40,412 nucleotides of DNA from Bacteroidales bacterium (GCA_028282585.1 JANQHR010000002.1:1-40412), one strand, 5' to 3'. Shown: positions 9,620 to 19,912, numbered from the stretch's first letter. The notes: generated by a model from the letters alone, not told the origin. Program-made: numbers and translations.

Positions 9620-10447
9620 TTAGTTGTATTTACCTGAAGATGCATAAATTGGTTGAAAATTAGGCTCACGATATTTATGTTTTCCTCTGGTATCTCCTCC
9701 TTGCATTTGATATATGGACTCCGATGGACAGAAATTTACACATCTCATACATTGTTCGCAAGTTTTACTCCAAACAGGTTTTTTATCATTGATTTGAATG
9801 CTATTTGTCGGACAGATTTTTGCACAAAGCTGGCATCCGTTACAGTTGTTATATACATTGAATAACCTCCACATATTTTGAATGCCTAAATATTTGAATA
9901 ATAAATAATCCCAGTAAAATTTCATTACTGAATACTTTTGGGGATAGTTAAAGCGATGGTGTTTTTGCGTTCCACTCAAAATATTTCTGATGATTTCCTG
10001 CGTTTTAATTACTCCATTATGAATAATTTCTAATGCTTTTTCTTTTGAAGGAGGGTAAGGAGGTTTGTTAGAAGTGGTCCAATTAATGGGCATTTCAATA
10101 ATATCAGAATATATAATCTCACAATTCTTTTTTCGCAAGATTCGTTCGCACTCTTTTATTGCAAACCCAGATTCATCTAATTTTCCTGCCGTAACTAGGA
10201 TAAATACTTTCTGTTTCTTTTCAAAACCTTTAATTCCTTTTAAACATGCTTTACAGATTCTTGGCATCCCAAAAGCATAAACAGGGAAGCATAATCCTAT
10301 TAAATCAGAAGCCGGTAAAACCATTTCCTTTCCTGAGATCTGAGAAATGTTGGTAAAATTACCTGATTCAGTAAGCATTTTATCGCAGGTTTTTAAAATT
10401 CTTAGTGAGTTTCCTGTTCCTGTAAAATACCTTAATTCAATTTTCAT
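9620..10447 (-). CDS. EFR1-family flavodoxin-ferredoxin
   Basis: YFTGTGNS, FPVYAF, two CxxCxxCxxxCP motifs. Confidence 0.9.
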   Translation of the reverse strand: MKIELRYFTGTGNSLRILKTCDKMLTESGNFTNISQISGKEMVLPASDLIGLCFPVYAFGMPRICKACLKGIKGFEKKQKVFILVTAGKLDESGFAIKECERILRKKNCEIIYSDIIEMPINWTTSNKPPYPPSKEKALEIIHNGVIKTQEIIRNILSGTQKHHRFNYPQKYSVMKFYWDYLLFKYLGIQNMWRLFNVYNNCNGCQLCAKICPTNSIQINDKKPVWSKTCEQCMRCVNFCPSESIYQMQGGDTRGKHKYREPNFQPIYASSGKYN

Positions 10448-10611
10448 GTTGTCTTAATTAATAATGCATGGAAACAATTAATTAATTCCTGTTTAGTGAT
10501 TTGCTAAAGTAAAAATGTTCATCCAATATGGATTTTTATTCCTTAACCAACCTACAATTTTTCTAAATGAATTTTGTTGTTCTATTATTTTCCTACAATC
10601 ATTTTAGTTAT

Positions 10612-11205
10612 TTAAATAAGAGCAAGCCCGTATGACATCGGAATATTGAAATTTTCCATTCCTTTATATTTTTCGATCCGTTGAATTGTTCTTTCACCTT
10701 GTACTTTAACTTTGTTATATAATTCTTCAAAATCCTGGAAAAACTGAAGAGTGTCAATTTTCTTAATGATCCTGGGATTAGTATTTTCAATAGCTTTCCA
10801 GCTATTTGTTGCCTTTACTTCTTCATCTGTAATATATGCCCACTCTGAACTTGGCCAGTGGTCGTTAATTACAATATCAGAACTCATTGTTAAGGCATGT
10901 TGGATTGCTTTTTCAGGATTGGGGATTTCATGTAAGCAAAAATCAAACATGAGTACATCTCCGTGATCTTTAAATTTGTAAAAGTCGCTATGTATGAGCG
11001 TAAATTTTTCGGTAAGATTTTCTTTTTCAATAGAGTCTTTTAGAAAATTCAAGGCAGCTTTGTCTGAATCAACTGCGATTACTTCTTTGGCTTTAACCCC
11101 ATAATGATAGAATTGACCACCAGCACCGATCGATAAAACTTTTTTATTGTCAAATTCATAAAAAGCCAAAAGGTTATTTATCATTTTTTGTAAATCAATT
11201 GCCAT
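10612..11205 (-). CDS. Class I SAM-dependent methyltransferase
   Basis: VLSIGAGG, IAVD, FCLHE. Confidence 0.8.
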   Translation of the reverse strand: MAIDLQKMINNLLAFYEFDNKKVLSIGAGGQFYHYGVKAKEVIAVDSDKAALNFLKDSIEKENLTEKFTLIHSDFYKFKDHGDVLMFDFCLHEIPNPEKAIQHALTMSSDIVINDHWPSSEWAYITDEEVKATNSWKAIENTNPRIIKKIDTLQFFQDFEELYNKVKVQGERTIQRIEKYKGMENFNIPMSYGLALI

Positions 11206-11272
11206 TGTAATTTTTATATTAATTGGTTAATTTTTATAAATTATAAAATTCATTAAATTAATTGATTGAAAA

Positions 11273-11318
11273 CTTGATGATCGTCAAGAAAGAAGATTTT
11301 AAAAAAGTATTATATTTG
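11273..11318 (+). promoter_or_regulatory. Crp/Fnr-type box (11273-11288) plus -7 box TATATTTG
   Basis: CTTGATGATCGTCAAG; 22-nt spacing. Confidence 0.8.
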
Positions 11319-11337
11319 CTCCAACTAAAAATTTTGG

Positions 11338-11370
11338 ATGTTTAGATTTAAGAAGGATTCGGTGAAGTAA
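11338..11370 (+). CDS. Putative leader peptide MFRFKKDSVK
   Basis: First ATG after the promoter in a ~200-nt leader; hairpin 11371-11398 follows immediately. Confidence 0.4.
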   Translation: MFRFKKDSVK

Positions 11371-11526
11371 ATAAGCTTTGGGTGCAACTCATGCTTATCC
11401 CTTAATTGTACTCAGGTATATTCTTATCTGGGTTATTTACATATATTTATGTTATTAATAAATTAAAGTATGGCATAAAAAAATACATGCTAATGCCATA
11501 TCTAAAAAAATAAAACAGTAAACATC

Positions 11527-12300
11527 ATGAATAACGAAAATAAATCAATTCACGAGTTCGACTTAAACTTAATTTGCGAGTATTTTTCAAACGTAGAACG
11601 ACAAGGTCCAGGTAGTCCTGAGGTTACTATTAAAGCATTGAGCTATATCGAAAATCTTACCGATGCATCGCGTATAATAGATCTTGGTTGCGGAACTGGA
11701 TACCAGACTATGGTACTTGGGCAACATGCACCAGGACTTATTACAGGTATAGACTTGTTTTCCGTTTTTATTGACTTATTTAATACCAATGCTAAAAAAT
11801 TGAATCTTCAGGATAAGGTAAAGGGAGTTGTTGGTTCAATGGAAGAGCTTTCTTTTCAGGAAAAAGAATTAGATTTGATTTGGGCAGAGGGCTCCATTTA
11901 TAACATTGGTTTTGAAAGAGGCTTGAAGGAATGGAAGAGGTTCTTAAAACCAGGAGGGTATGTAGCTGTTTCTGAGGCATCGTGGTTTACAGATAAACGA
12001 CCTACTGAAATTAATGATTTCTGGCAGGAAGAATACCCCGGTATAGATACTATACCCAATAAAGTAACACAAATGCAGAATGCAGGGTATATTCCGGTTG
12101 CAAGCTTCATTTTACCGGAGAATTGTTGGACAGAACATTTCTTTGACCTACAAATTCCGGCGCAAGAAGCTTTCCTTAAAAAACATAAGGGAAATAAAGC
12201 TGCTGAAGATTTTGTAGTAAGACAACAGTATGAGAATCAATTATATTACAAGTATAAAGAGTATTACGGTTACGTGTTCTATATCGGAAAGAAAATTTAA
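11527..12300 (+). CDS. Class I SAM-dependent methyltransferase
   Basis: IDLGCGTG, DLIWAEG, LKPGG. Confidence 0.92.
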   Translation: MNNENKSIHEFDLNLICEYFSNVERQGPGSPEVTIKALSYIENLTDASRIIDLGCGTGYQTMVLGQHAPGLITGIDLFSVFIDLFNTNAKKLNLQDKVKGVVGSMEELSFQEKELDLIWAEGSIYNIGFERGLKEWKRFLKPGGYVAVSEASWFTDKRPTEINDFWQEEYPGIDTIPNKVTQMQNAGYIPVASFILPENCWTEHFFDLQIPAQEAFLKKHKGNKAAEDFVVRQQYENQLYYKYKEYYGYVFYIGKKI

Positions 12301-12316
12301 GTAATCATTTTAGTAT

Positions 12317-12351
12317 AAAGGACTGTCTTTTTATAGCAGTCCTTTCTTTTT
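12317..12351 (+). terminator. Intrinsic terminator
   Basis: AAAGGACTG...CAGTCCTTT followed by CTTTTT. Confidence 0.75.
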
Positions 12352-12583
12352 AGTCATTGCAAGAAGTTTTTATTATATTAAGCTTGTTATAATGCTTATA
12401 GTATTATATAATAAGGACCGTTTTTTAAAGTATTAATAATAATTTCACCTAGTTTTCCCGATAGATATTCCATATAATTTCTTGTCAATCAGTCCTGCCA
12501 GATCACGGTTTTGTAAATAAATTCATTGGATGATTTTAATTTCTTTTATTCCGAATAAAAAAACATTAAGTAAGTTCAATTTT

Positions 12584-13387
12584 TTAACCGAAATTTCCCC
12601 CAATTCTGCTAAAGTAGCATTCTGGTTTCCAATAAATACGCTTGCCGAGAATCATTTTTTTACCTTTTATTTCCGGCTTACTGAAACCGTTCTCCCGTAA
12701 AAAATTAATTCCGGCCTTATTCTCTTCAGGTAATATAGCTTTATCAATCCCTACGTGTTTTAGTTTAAGTAATTCGGTTCCTGCTTTAGGATCTTCTGCA
12801 ATAACGAGTCCTTCGCCCAGATCGGGAATATAAACTCCTTTAATTTTCCCATTCTCTTTGTAAAGCATGGAGTTTTTAATATGGCCTTCTAAAAGGCATA
12901 ATCTATTTTCACCTGATATTTCTTTATCTAAATTCAGAACTTCTTTATAAAAATCATGCTGATATGGAATGATATTATCAGAAACCGTGGTTTTTTCCCA
13001 GGGATTTTCTTTTTTAAGGCTTACATAATTAGAAATAACGTTAAAACCCAACTTTTTGTAAACAGGTTCACCCATTGCGGTTGCAATTAATAAAATAGTT
13101 TGTATTGATTTCTTTTCAAGGTCATCAATTAAGTATTTGGTAATTTTATAACCAATTCCTTGATTACGGAAGCTTTTATCTACTATAATATGAGCTAACC
13201 ATGCAGTATTGTCTAAAATAATCGAAGCACCGAGCCCTATTAATTGATCATTTATAATTAATTTATAAGGATAACAATAATCTTTATCTAAATAAAATTG
13301 AAAACTATCTCTTATATCTGACCAACCCTTTGGTTGTAATAACTTAATTTGTTCAAAATCTTCTTGTTTTATATCTGCGATTATCAT
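12584..13387 (-). CDS. GNAT acetyltransferase (two-domain, YitH-like)
   Basis: FRNQGIG motif A, VYKKLGF. Confidence 0.85.
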   Translation of the reverse strand: MIIADIKQEDFEQIKLLQPKGWSDIRDSFQFYLDKDYCYPYKLIINDQLIGLGASIILDNTAWLAHIIVDKSFRNQGIGYKITKYLIDDLEKKSIQTILLIATAMGEPVYKKLGFNVISNYVSLKKENPWEKTTVSDNIIPYQHDFYKEVLNLDKEISGENRLCLLEGHIKNSMLYKENGKIKGVYIPDLGEGLVIAEDPKAGTELLKLKHVGIDKAILPEENKAGINFLRENGFSKPEIKGKKMILGKRIYWKPECYFSRIGGNFG

Positions 13388-13456
13388 TTCTATGGTTTTA
13401 TTGTAATATTATCTATGGGTAATTTGTTTTAAGTTTTATACCTATTAATTTTAAAA

Positions 13457-13957
13457 TTAAAATTCACCGGCTAATTTTTCTAAAGATTTTCCCGTTAGAC
13501 GATACACCGTCCAATCATCCATAACCTCTGCACCGCATCTTTTATAAAATTCAATCGATTTTGTGTTCCAATCTAAGCACCACCACTCAACTCTTCCACA
13601 GTCTCGATCAATTGCAAGTTTGCTAAGATAAGACAGCATTGTTTTACCAATACCAAGCTTACGGTATTCGGGTTTAACAAATAAGTCTTCTAAATAAATG
13701 CCCGGTTTTCCTAAAAAAGTTGAGAAATTATTAAAGAATAGTGCAAAAGAAACAGGTTCATTATTATATTCTCCAATAATTACCTCGGCAGCTTTACGTT
13801 TAAAAAGAGAATCATGTAAAATAGTTTCATCAGCAGTAACTTCGTGTGCTAACTTTTCATATTCGGCCAATTCTTTTATGAACTGTAGAATTAACCGGAC
13901 GTCTTTTTCAACGGCAAACCTTATAATAAAATCAGGAATTTTAGACGTTATTTTCAT
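13457..13957 (-). CDS. GNAT acetyltransferase (diamine/spermidine acetyltransferase-like)
   Basis: FSTFLGKPGIYLEDLFVKPEYRKLGIG, EWWCLDWN. Confidence 0.9.
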   Translation of the reverse strand: MKITSKIPDFIIRFAVEKDVRLILQFIKELAEYEKLAHEVTADETILHDSLFKRKAAEVIIGEYNNEPVSFALFFNNFSTFLGKPGIYLEDLFVKPEYRKLGIGKTMLSYLSKLAIDRDCGRVEWWCLDWNTKSIEFYKRCGAEVMDDWTVYRLTGKSLEKLAGEF

Positions 13958-14023
13958 GAGCGTAGTTTTGAATTTTAAATTGCAAGTTAAGTATTTAACT
14001 TTAAAATTAAAGGTTTTGCTTAC

Positions 14024-14758
14024 TTAAGCTCGACCGGTTCTAAGCCATAACGCCCAATCACTGCGTCCGTTTAATTCGGCTGTGCGGGCAGCTTCTTCAA
14101 AATCGTAATTAATTGCAATTTGCTCAATAACAACAGAATCTCCAATTACTTCAATTATACTGTAACGTGCTTTTTTACAGTAGTTTTCCATTTTATGAAA
14201 ATGCGGAGTGTTATCATCGTAAGCTGGTACACCAACGCTCCCCGGATTTATAATAGTTCGTTGGTTGGTTTCTACAATTTTTGGTAAATGGCTGTGGCCA
14301 CACAGTACAAATTTTTGTTTTATTTTGCTCAATAATGCCTCGATACTAGCGGCTTGCCTTGTGAATACCGAGTTTGCCTGAACTTCTTCGAGTAGGTATG
14401 TAGTATCGTTATTTGGTGTTCCGTGGCAGCAGTAAACACTATTGTTAATTATTCTTTCTTTTGGTAATTGTTTTAACCATTCAATAGCCACATTGTCAAG
14501 ATTTTCAACGATATAATTAATTGTTTGGTTACCCGATTTTTTACCAAGGTTTTCAATTATTTCCCTATCTTGGTTTCCGCTAAGACTTTTAATATTATTC
14601 TTTTCAATTAATTTAAAAGTTCCCATTGGATCAAGCGGTCCATAAAGACTGTCGCCTAAATCATATAATTCTTTAATTTTTTTTGATTTAATATCTTTCA
14701 AAACGGCTTCTAAGGCCCATGAATTAGCATGAATGTCGGATAAAACTGCAATTTTCAT
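14024..14758 (-). CDS. Metallophosphoesterase
   Basis: SDIHAN, LGD, GNQD, CHG, GHSH, NPGSVG. Confidence 0.92.
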   Translation of the reverse strand: MKIAVLSDIHANSWALEAVLKDIKSKKIKELYDLGDSLYGPLDPMGTFKLIEKNNIKSLSGNQDREIIENLGKKSGNQTINYIVENLDNVAIEWLKQLPKERIINNSVYCCHGTPNNDTTYLLEEVQANSVFTRQAASIEALLSKIKQKFVLCGHSHLPKIVETNQRTIINPGSVGVPAYDDNTPHFHKMENYCKKARYSIIEVIGDSVVIEQIAINYDFEEAARTAELNGRSDWALWLRTGRA

Positions 14759-14837
14759 ATCTAAGGATTTATATTAATAAATTTTGCAATTAAAATAAAT
14801 TATCTATCCGAATTATTTATTGACGATTGTTATTATT

Positions 14838-15404
14838 TTAAAAATGAATTTCGAATTCGCACCGGTCATCACCATTTAAAATGGATTTGTTTAATTTTAC
14901 CTGAACCGTTTTTTCGAAAGCAGCTGAGAAGAATTGTTTATTAAATTCAACAGAACAATGGCAATAAGTATCGGAATTAAATAATTCCTTTGATTTTTTA
15001 ACCTGTCCGCAAAAACACTTATTATGCATTGTTAAAAAAGTTTTTTCATCGAGAATTTCGTAGCCCAATTCATTATCTTTTACACCATAATTAATGAAAT
15101 TTTCTAAAAACTCTTCTAGAGAAGATGATTCATCCATTAATCGTTTAGCTATTTTTCTTTGACCGGCTCCACAGCATTTACTTCCGCAAGTTTGCATTAC
15201 ATTCATAGCTGTTTCTCTGCCCATTTCCAGTTCAAGCTTTTCAACCGCATTTCTCCACCAATCAGCTTTTTGTTCTGCTTTATATTGATCGTATTTGGGA
15301 GAATCTTCCATAATACTTTCAAACACCTTTTGTGACGTTTTTTTTTCAACGATTTTTGCAAATCGTCCTATGCGGCCTGTTTTTGGAATATTTTGTTTAT
15401 TCAT
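14838..15404 (-). CDS. Cys-rich DUF6144/V4R-like protein
   Basis: CGSKCC, CFC, YCHCS, SILNGDDRCEF. Confidence 0.7.
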   Translation of the reverse strand: MNKQNIPKTGRIGRFAKIVEKKTSQKVFESIMEDSPKYDQYKAEQKADWWRNAVEKLELEMGRETAMNVMQTCGSKCCGAGQRKIAKRLMDESSSLEEFLENFINYGVKDNELGYEILDEKTFLTMHNKCFCGQVKKSKELFNSDTYCHCSVEFNKQFFSAAFEKTVQVKLNKSILNGDDRCEFEIHF

Positions 15405-15492
15405 TTTTATTAAACTACTTATTATATTGTGTTTTGTGAAACAAAAAGAGTATTGGCATACCTTTTAATTCTCAATTAGTTAAAACTGTTGT

Positions 15493-15654
15493 TAGCATTT
15501 TTTCATGTTTACTTTTCCCAAAGGAGGATTTAAAACAATATAATGCAATGTAGCATTTTCATGATTTAATTCGGATAATTTTTCTGCGTTACCTTCATTA
15601 AATATTATACCCATTTTGGTAAAACCTGATTTTTCATTTATTTTATTAGTTCAT
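15493..15654 (-). pseudogene. SnoaL/NTF2-like gene remnant
   Basis: FNEGNAEKLSELNHENATLHYIVLNPPLGK resembles an NTF2-like N-terminus; frameshift right after ATG 15654 and early stop. Confidence 0.5.
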
Positions 15655-15658
15655 ATCA

Positions 15659-15703
15659 CAAAATTAAAAATGAACAATAGTTTAATTCTTGACGATTGTC
15701 AAG
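15659..15703 (-). promoter_or_regulatory. Crp/Fnr-type box (15688-15703) plus -7 box TAATTTTG
   Basis: CTTGACGATTGTCAAG; 21-nt spacing. Confidence 0.85.
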
Positions 15704-15872
15704 AGTCTAAATTAAATGTATAATCATACGTTATATTCATTGTCTGAGTTGATATCTGCAATAGGATGTTCAGTTATTTAAAGATCGTAATTTTCGCCAG
15801 GGTTATATTTAAACCCGATATTTGTAGTAAGTTAAATATAGTTATTCTTTAAAGGGTACGCTTTAAAAGGGC

Positions 15873-16466
15873 TTAATTTTTTTCTTTCATTAGTGCCCTT
15901 TTCCTTATTCTACTTAGGGATTCAGGTGTAACACCAAGATAAGAAGCAATATAATGTTGATTTATGTTTCTAAATAAATCGCTATTATGTTCAAAGAGTT
16001 CCAAAAATCTCTGTTCTGGAGATTTTGTTACAAATGATGAGATCATATTTTGAGCGGTAACGAGCTCATCTTCAACAGCGAGTTGAGCAATGTGTTTAAA
16101 TTTGAGGTGTTGTTTTATAAGTTGTCTTACAAGATTTTTATGAAATAATAATAAAGTGGTATCTTCAATAGCCTGATAATTCTCCTTAGCAGGTATTTCT
16201 TTTTGGTAACTTTCAATGGCTCGAAAAAATTTTCCTTTTGTATAAAAAAAAGCAGTTTTTTCGTTACCATTGTTATTATAAAATAATCGAACACAACCGT
16301 CAAGTACAAAATACATAGTATTGAAAATCTGACCAGCTTTAAAGATAATCTCGTTTTTTCTGCATATCTGAGCTGGAATTTGTTTTCTTATTTTCCATAA
16401 GTATTCAATCTCTTCATTGCTTAGTTCCGAATATTGATCCAGTAATTTAATGAACCTGTCAAACAT
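15873..16466 (-). CDS. Crp/Fnr family transcriptional regulator (paralog 1)
   Basis: cNMP-type domain YFVLDGCVRLFY; HTH IASYLGVTPESLSRIR. Confidence 0.93.
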   Translation of the reverse strand: MFDRFIKLLDQYSELSNEEIEYLWKIRKQIPAQICRKNEIIFKAGQIFNTMYFVLDGCVRLFYNNNGNEKTAFFYTKGKFFRAIESYQKEIPAKENYQAIEDTTLLLFHKNLVRQLIKQHLKFKHIAQLAVEDELVTAQNMISSFVTKSPEQRFLELFEHNSDLFRNINQHYIASYLGVTPESLSRIRKRALMKEKN

Positions 16467-16490
16467 TTACGTAACCTATTAATTCGGTGC

Positions 16491-16540
16491 TAAAACTATA
16501 ATTATTTTAGAATAGCTTTCTTGACAATCGTCAAGAAAGC
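16491..16540 (-). promoter_or_regulatory. Crp/Fnr-type box (16520-16535), probably autoregulatory
   Basis: GCTTTCTTGACAATCGTCAAGAAAGC; TAGTTTTA 21 nt downstream on the minus strand. Confidence 0.85.
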
Positions 16541-16553
16541 ACTATGTTTTAAA

Positions 16554-17543
16554 TCATTGTCCAAATAACTCCTGATAATTTCTATAATCAATTTTTTCAT
16601 GGTCTTCACTTGAAAACTCGGGGTGTTTATCAAGGTTCTTAGCAACAATAGGTGCAACTTTAGCCATTGCAAAATCACTTCCATATAAAATTCTTGATGC
16701 ACCAACAAATTGATTTAGAGTGTTAAGAGCATAAGCCCCTGAAGTTAAAGCCGTGTCATAGTACATATTTTTAAGCCTTTTTAGTCCTTTTTCAGGAGCT
16801 CCTTTAATCAAGAAATCATAAAGGGCTTTCATAACGGGTGTCCTTTTCCCTTTTTGACTATAACTTATCATAGCTAGTCGCCATCCCAAATAAGGAATGG
16901 TTCCACCGCCATGCGATAGTATAAATTTAATATTCTTATATTTTTCAAATGTTCCTTTATGAAGCATATTGGCAGCCATACGGGTCGTATCAAACGTAAC
17001 TTCAATTAATGAATTAGGAATTCCTTCTTCTTGAAGTTTAGGATCGTATTCATCAGCAGGATCGGTTGGATGTATATATACAACTGCTTTTCGTTTATTT
17101 AACTCTTCGAAAAACTTATCGTATTTTTCATCACCAAGGTATATCCCATCATAATGAGTCATTAAACAAACACCTTCTAACTTTAGATCATCCAGTGCAT
17201 ATTTTAATTCATCTATAGATGCTTTAATAAATCCTAGCGGAACACAGGCAAAAGCTCCAAATTTTTCAGGATATTTCTTTTTAAGTTTAGCCATATATCC
17301 GTTGCACCATCTGGATATTTTAATTGAAAACTCCAGATTTTCCTTAAAATAAACCCCGGGTGATGTAATCGAAACAATGGCTTTTTCAATACCAACTTTT
17401 TTCATAAATGAAAAAGAAGATTCAGGGTCCCATTTGGGAAAATCAACTCCCAATGAATGGTTAATATTGATTTCTTTTAACATCTCCACATATTCTTTTG
17501 GCACAATGTGGTGATGAACATCAATTTTCTTATTTGTTTTCAT
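16554..17543 (-). CDS. Amidohydrolase-2 family (6-methylsalicylate decarboxylase/ACMSD-like)
   Basis: IDVHHH, YIHP, SHGGG, YYDTA, YGSDF. Confidence 0.9.
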   Translation of the reverse strand: MKTNKKIDVHHHIVPKEYVEMLKEININHSLGVDFPKWDPESSFSFMKKVGIEKAIVSITSPGVYFKENLEFSIKISRWCNGYMAKLKKKYPEKFGAFACVPLGFIKASIDELKYALDDLKLEGVCLMTHYDGIYLGDEKYDKFFEELNKRKAVVYIHPTDPADEYDPKLQEEGIPNSLIEVTFDTTRMAANMLHKGTFEKYKNIKFILSHGGGTIPYLGWRLAMISYSQKGKRTPVMKALYDFLIKGAPEKGLKRLKNMYYDTALTSGAYALNTLNQFVGASRILYGSDFAMAKVAPIVAKNLDKHPEFSSEDHEKIDYRNYQELFGQ

Positions 17544-17567
17544 GACTTTTGATTTTTAATTCATGTT

Positions 17568-17627
17568 CAAAGTAAGGGATGGACAGTTTCTTTTTAATCA
17601 TCCTTTGGGATGATTTAGGGGATGATT
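17568..17627 (-). promoter_or_regulatory. Triple GGATGA operator plus -7 box TTACTTTG
   Basis: AATCATCC-tttg-GGATGATT-tagg-GGATGATT; 20 nt to the -7 box. Confidence 0.8.
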
Positions 17628-17652
17628 CACGCTTTGTAGTGAGAAATGAAAT

Positions 17653-17697
17653 CTTGACGAATGTCAAGGGTTTTGATTAACTGGTTGTTTAATTTTG
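17653..17697 (+). promoter_or_regulatory. Crp/Fnr-type box (17653-17668) plus -7 box TAATTTTG
   Basis: CTTGACGAATGTCAAG; 21-nt spacing. Confidence 0.85.
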
Positions 17698-17781
17698 TTC
17701 GATCGTCAGTTAAGATATTAAAAAGTATAATTTTAAAAATAGAGAATCAAATAGATTAATTTTTAACTTAAAAATATAATT

Positions 17782-18912
17782 ATGAAAACTGGATATTTTC
17801 TTGTCTTTATGATTGCTTTTATTACTTTATCCGCAAAAGGTATTGTAATAAAAAATGAAAGAAACGAAAAGGTTCTTGATCAACTAGTTGAAATCAATAA
17901 CGTACCTGGCCTAAACTTCTCAATCATTTATAAAAATGGTAAACAATTCAACTATTCTTCAGGATATGCTGATACAACAGAAAAAATTCCTTTAAATGAG
18001 CATCATGTATTATTTTCCGGAAGTATTGGAAAAACATATGCTGTGGCTGTTTTGATGCAATTGATAGATGAGGGAAGAATTGAACTTGACAAGCCTTTCA
18101 TGTATTATTTTCCGAAAAATAATTGGTTAAAAAACTTACCGGATATTGAAGATATTACTGTAGAAATGCTCTTAAATCATACCAGTGGATTACCTCGTTA
18201 TATTAATAACGAAGAGGTATGGAAAACGGTAAGAGAAAACCCGGATAAAGTATGGACGCACAAAGAAAGATTGTCTTATGCATTTGATATGGAACCAGCA
18301 CATAAACCCGGAAAAGGTTGGGCCTACTCAGATACTAATTATTTATTAATAGGTATGTTAATAGAACAGATAACAGGCTCAGAATATTATAGTGTAGTAA
18401 AATCAAGAATATTGGATCCAGCTCAATTAACCCAAACACATCCGGCAATAAGAAGAGATATTCGGAATTTACCAATTGGGTACTCAAACCTTGATGATTT
18501 TTTTAATATGCCCGGAATTGTTGTAGTTAATGGTGAGTATATTTTTAATCCTCAAATGGAAAATACTGGTGGGGGATTTGCTTCAACAACATCGGATTTA
18601 GCGAAATGGGCCAAGTATTATTTTGAGAGTGAGTTTTTTTCAAAAGAACTTGGTGAAAAAATTGTGACTTCTACAAAACAAGGAGCAGAAATAAGCGATA
18701 ATATGGCATGTGGAATGGGAAGCTTTATTTTTTATACAAGCCAGGGAAAAGCTTATGGTCATACAGGCTTTATACCTGGTTTTAATGCAATATTCGCATA
18801 TTTTCCTGATGAACAGTTAGCAGTTGCCATGCAAATTAATTGCGATTATGCAAGAAGTAATATGAGCTTAATGGATTATCTGCTTTTTATTTTGAATAAC
18901 TTAAGTATTTAA
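17782..18912 (+). CDS. Secreted serine hydrolase (beta-lactamase/D-Ala-D-Ala carboxypeptidase fold)
   Basis: Signal peptide; SIGK, LLNHTSG, YSDTNY, GHTG. Confidence 0.9.
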   Translation: MKTGYFLVFMIAFITLSAKGIVIKNERNEKVLDQLVEINNVPGLNFSIIYKNGKQFNYSSGYADTTEKIPLNEHHVLFSGSIGKTYAVAVLMQLIDEGRIELDKPFMYYFPKNNWLKNLPDIEDITVEMLLNHTSGLPRYINNEEVWKTVRENPDKVWTHKERLSYAFDMEPAHKPGKGWAYSDTNYLLIGMLIEQITGSEYYSVVKSRILDPAQLTQTHPAIRRDIRNLPIGYSNLDDFFNMPGIVVVNGEYIFNPQMENTGGGFASTTSDLAKWAKYYFESEFFSKELGEKIVTSTKQGAEISDNMACGMGSFIFYTSQGKAYGHTGFIPGFNAIFAYFPDEQLAVAMQINCDYARSNMSLMDYLLFILNNLSI

Positions 18913-18947
18913 ACAAAAATTGTAGAGGAAAAGGTATTAGTTTTGAA

Positions 18948-19328
18948 ATGGTTAAAAAAATGAAAAAGATAGTTCTGATTAATAACTTCAAACTTATTGC
19001 TTTACCCATCCGCTCTACTTTGAAACATAAATTTCCTTTAATACCAATGGAAGAATATATTCTTTGGAAAAATGATAAAGATAAAGCATTTGATCCGTGT
19101 ATCAGGGTTTATGTTAAACAAGGGGGAAGTATTGTAAACGTTTGTAATAACTCAATGGAAATAAAAGGCAAGGTTGGAGAATAGGAAAACCGGACCGGTT
19201 TAAAATTTCGCGGAAGCGGAAATTATATAGTAGAAGTTGTATTATCTGTTGTTAATATTAATAAAGAATTGAATATAGGAACTTATACAGAACCAAATGT
19301 TTGGATGATTCATAATATCGATAATTAG
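18948..19328 (+). pseudogene. Hypothetical gene with an internal TAG
   Basis: Frame stays open 47 codons past TAG 19182-19184 (ENRTGLKFRGSGNYIVEVVLS...) to TAG 19328. Confidence 0.45.
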
Positions 19329-19367
19329 ACTAATAAAAAAACCAAAAACATTATTAATCTTTAAAAT

Positions 19368-19898
19368 ATGTTTGATTTAAGAATAGCTTCTTTAAATAGA
19401 GAAATGCAAGAATTAAAATTAAAAAGCAGTAGTTTATTAAAAGAAGTGTTAACCATGTATCCGGAAATTGAAAATGGCGATTATTCCTGTTCTAATAATT
19501 TTAAAGATTTTCCAAGTATATCAGAAGATATTTTGATTCGATTAGAGGCAATTGGAATTAAAAACACATTGCAATTGTATGAGGAAGTTTTAACTCCGGC
19601 TTGCCGTCTTGAATTCTCGATAAAAACCGGGATTAGTGTTGATAAAGTTTTGATGCTTTGTCAATTGGCAGATATTTCCAGAATTAAATGTATTAATCAT
19701 AACTTGGCTTTTATCCTTTTTAAAGCAGGCTATACAAATACAAAGGAAGTTTCTAATGCAGAACCGGCACATTTGTATCTGAACATAACAAAGCATCTTA
19801 ACGAAATAGAAATTTCAGAGTTAAATTTAGGGGTAAACCAGGTAAAGTTGATCATTGAATCAGCGAAATGTTTATCGCTTGATATAGAATATAATTAG
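19368..19898 (+). CDS. DUF4332-like helix-hairpin-helix protein
   Basis: LEAIGIKNT...TGIS...LADISRIKCI...AGY pattern. Confidence 0.7.
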   Translation: MFDLRIASLNREMQELKLKSSSLLKEVLTMYPEIENGDYSCSNNFKDFPSISEDILIRLEAIGIKNTLQLYEEVLTPACRLEFSIKTGISVDKVLMLCQLADISRIKCINHNLAFILFKAGYTNTKEVSNAEPAHLYLNITKHLNEIEISELNLGVNQVKLIIESAKCLSLDIEYN

Positions 19899-19912
19899 AA
19901 AATAATTGTAAT

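Noticed and set aside
12400-12570. Possible gene remnant on the minus strand
   Set aside because: Stops in the frames examined and no recognisable motif
14819-14834. Crp half-site ATTGACGATTGTTATT
   Set aside because: Right half is broken and the octamer at 21 nt is a poor -7 match
17782-18912. Serine hydrolase as a true beta-lactamase
   Set aside because: YSD and HTG motifs fit generic carboxypeptidase/esterase members; resistance is not supportable from sequence
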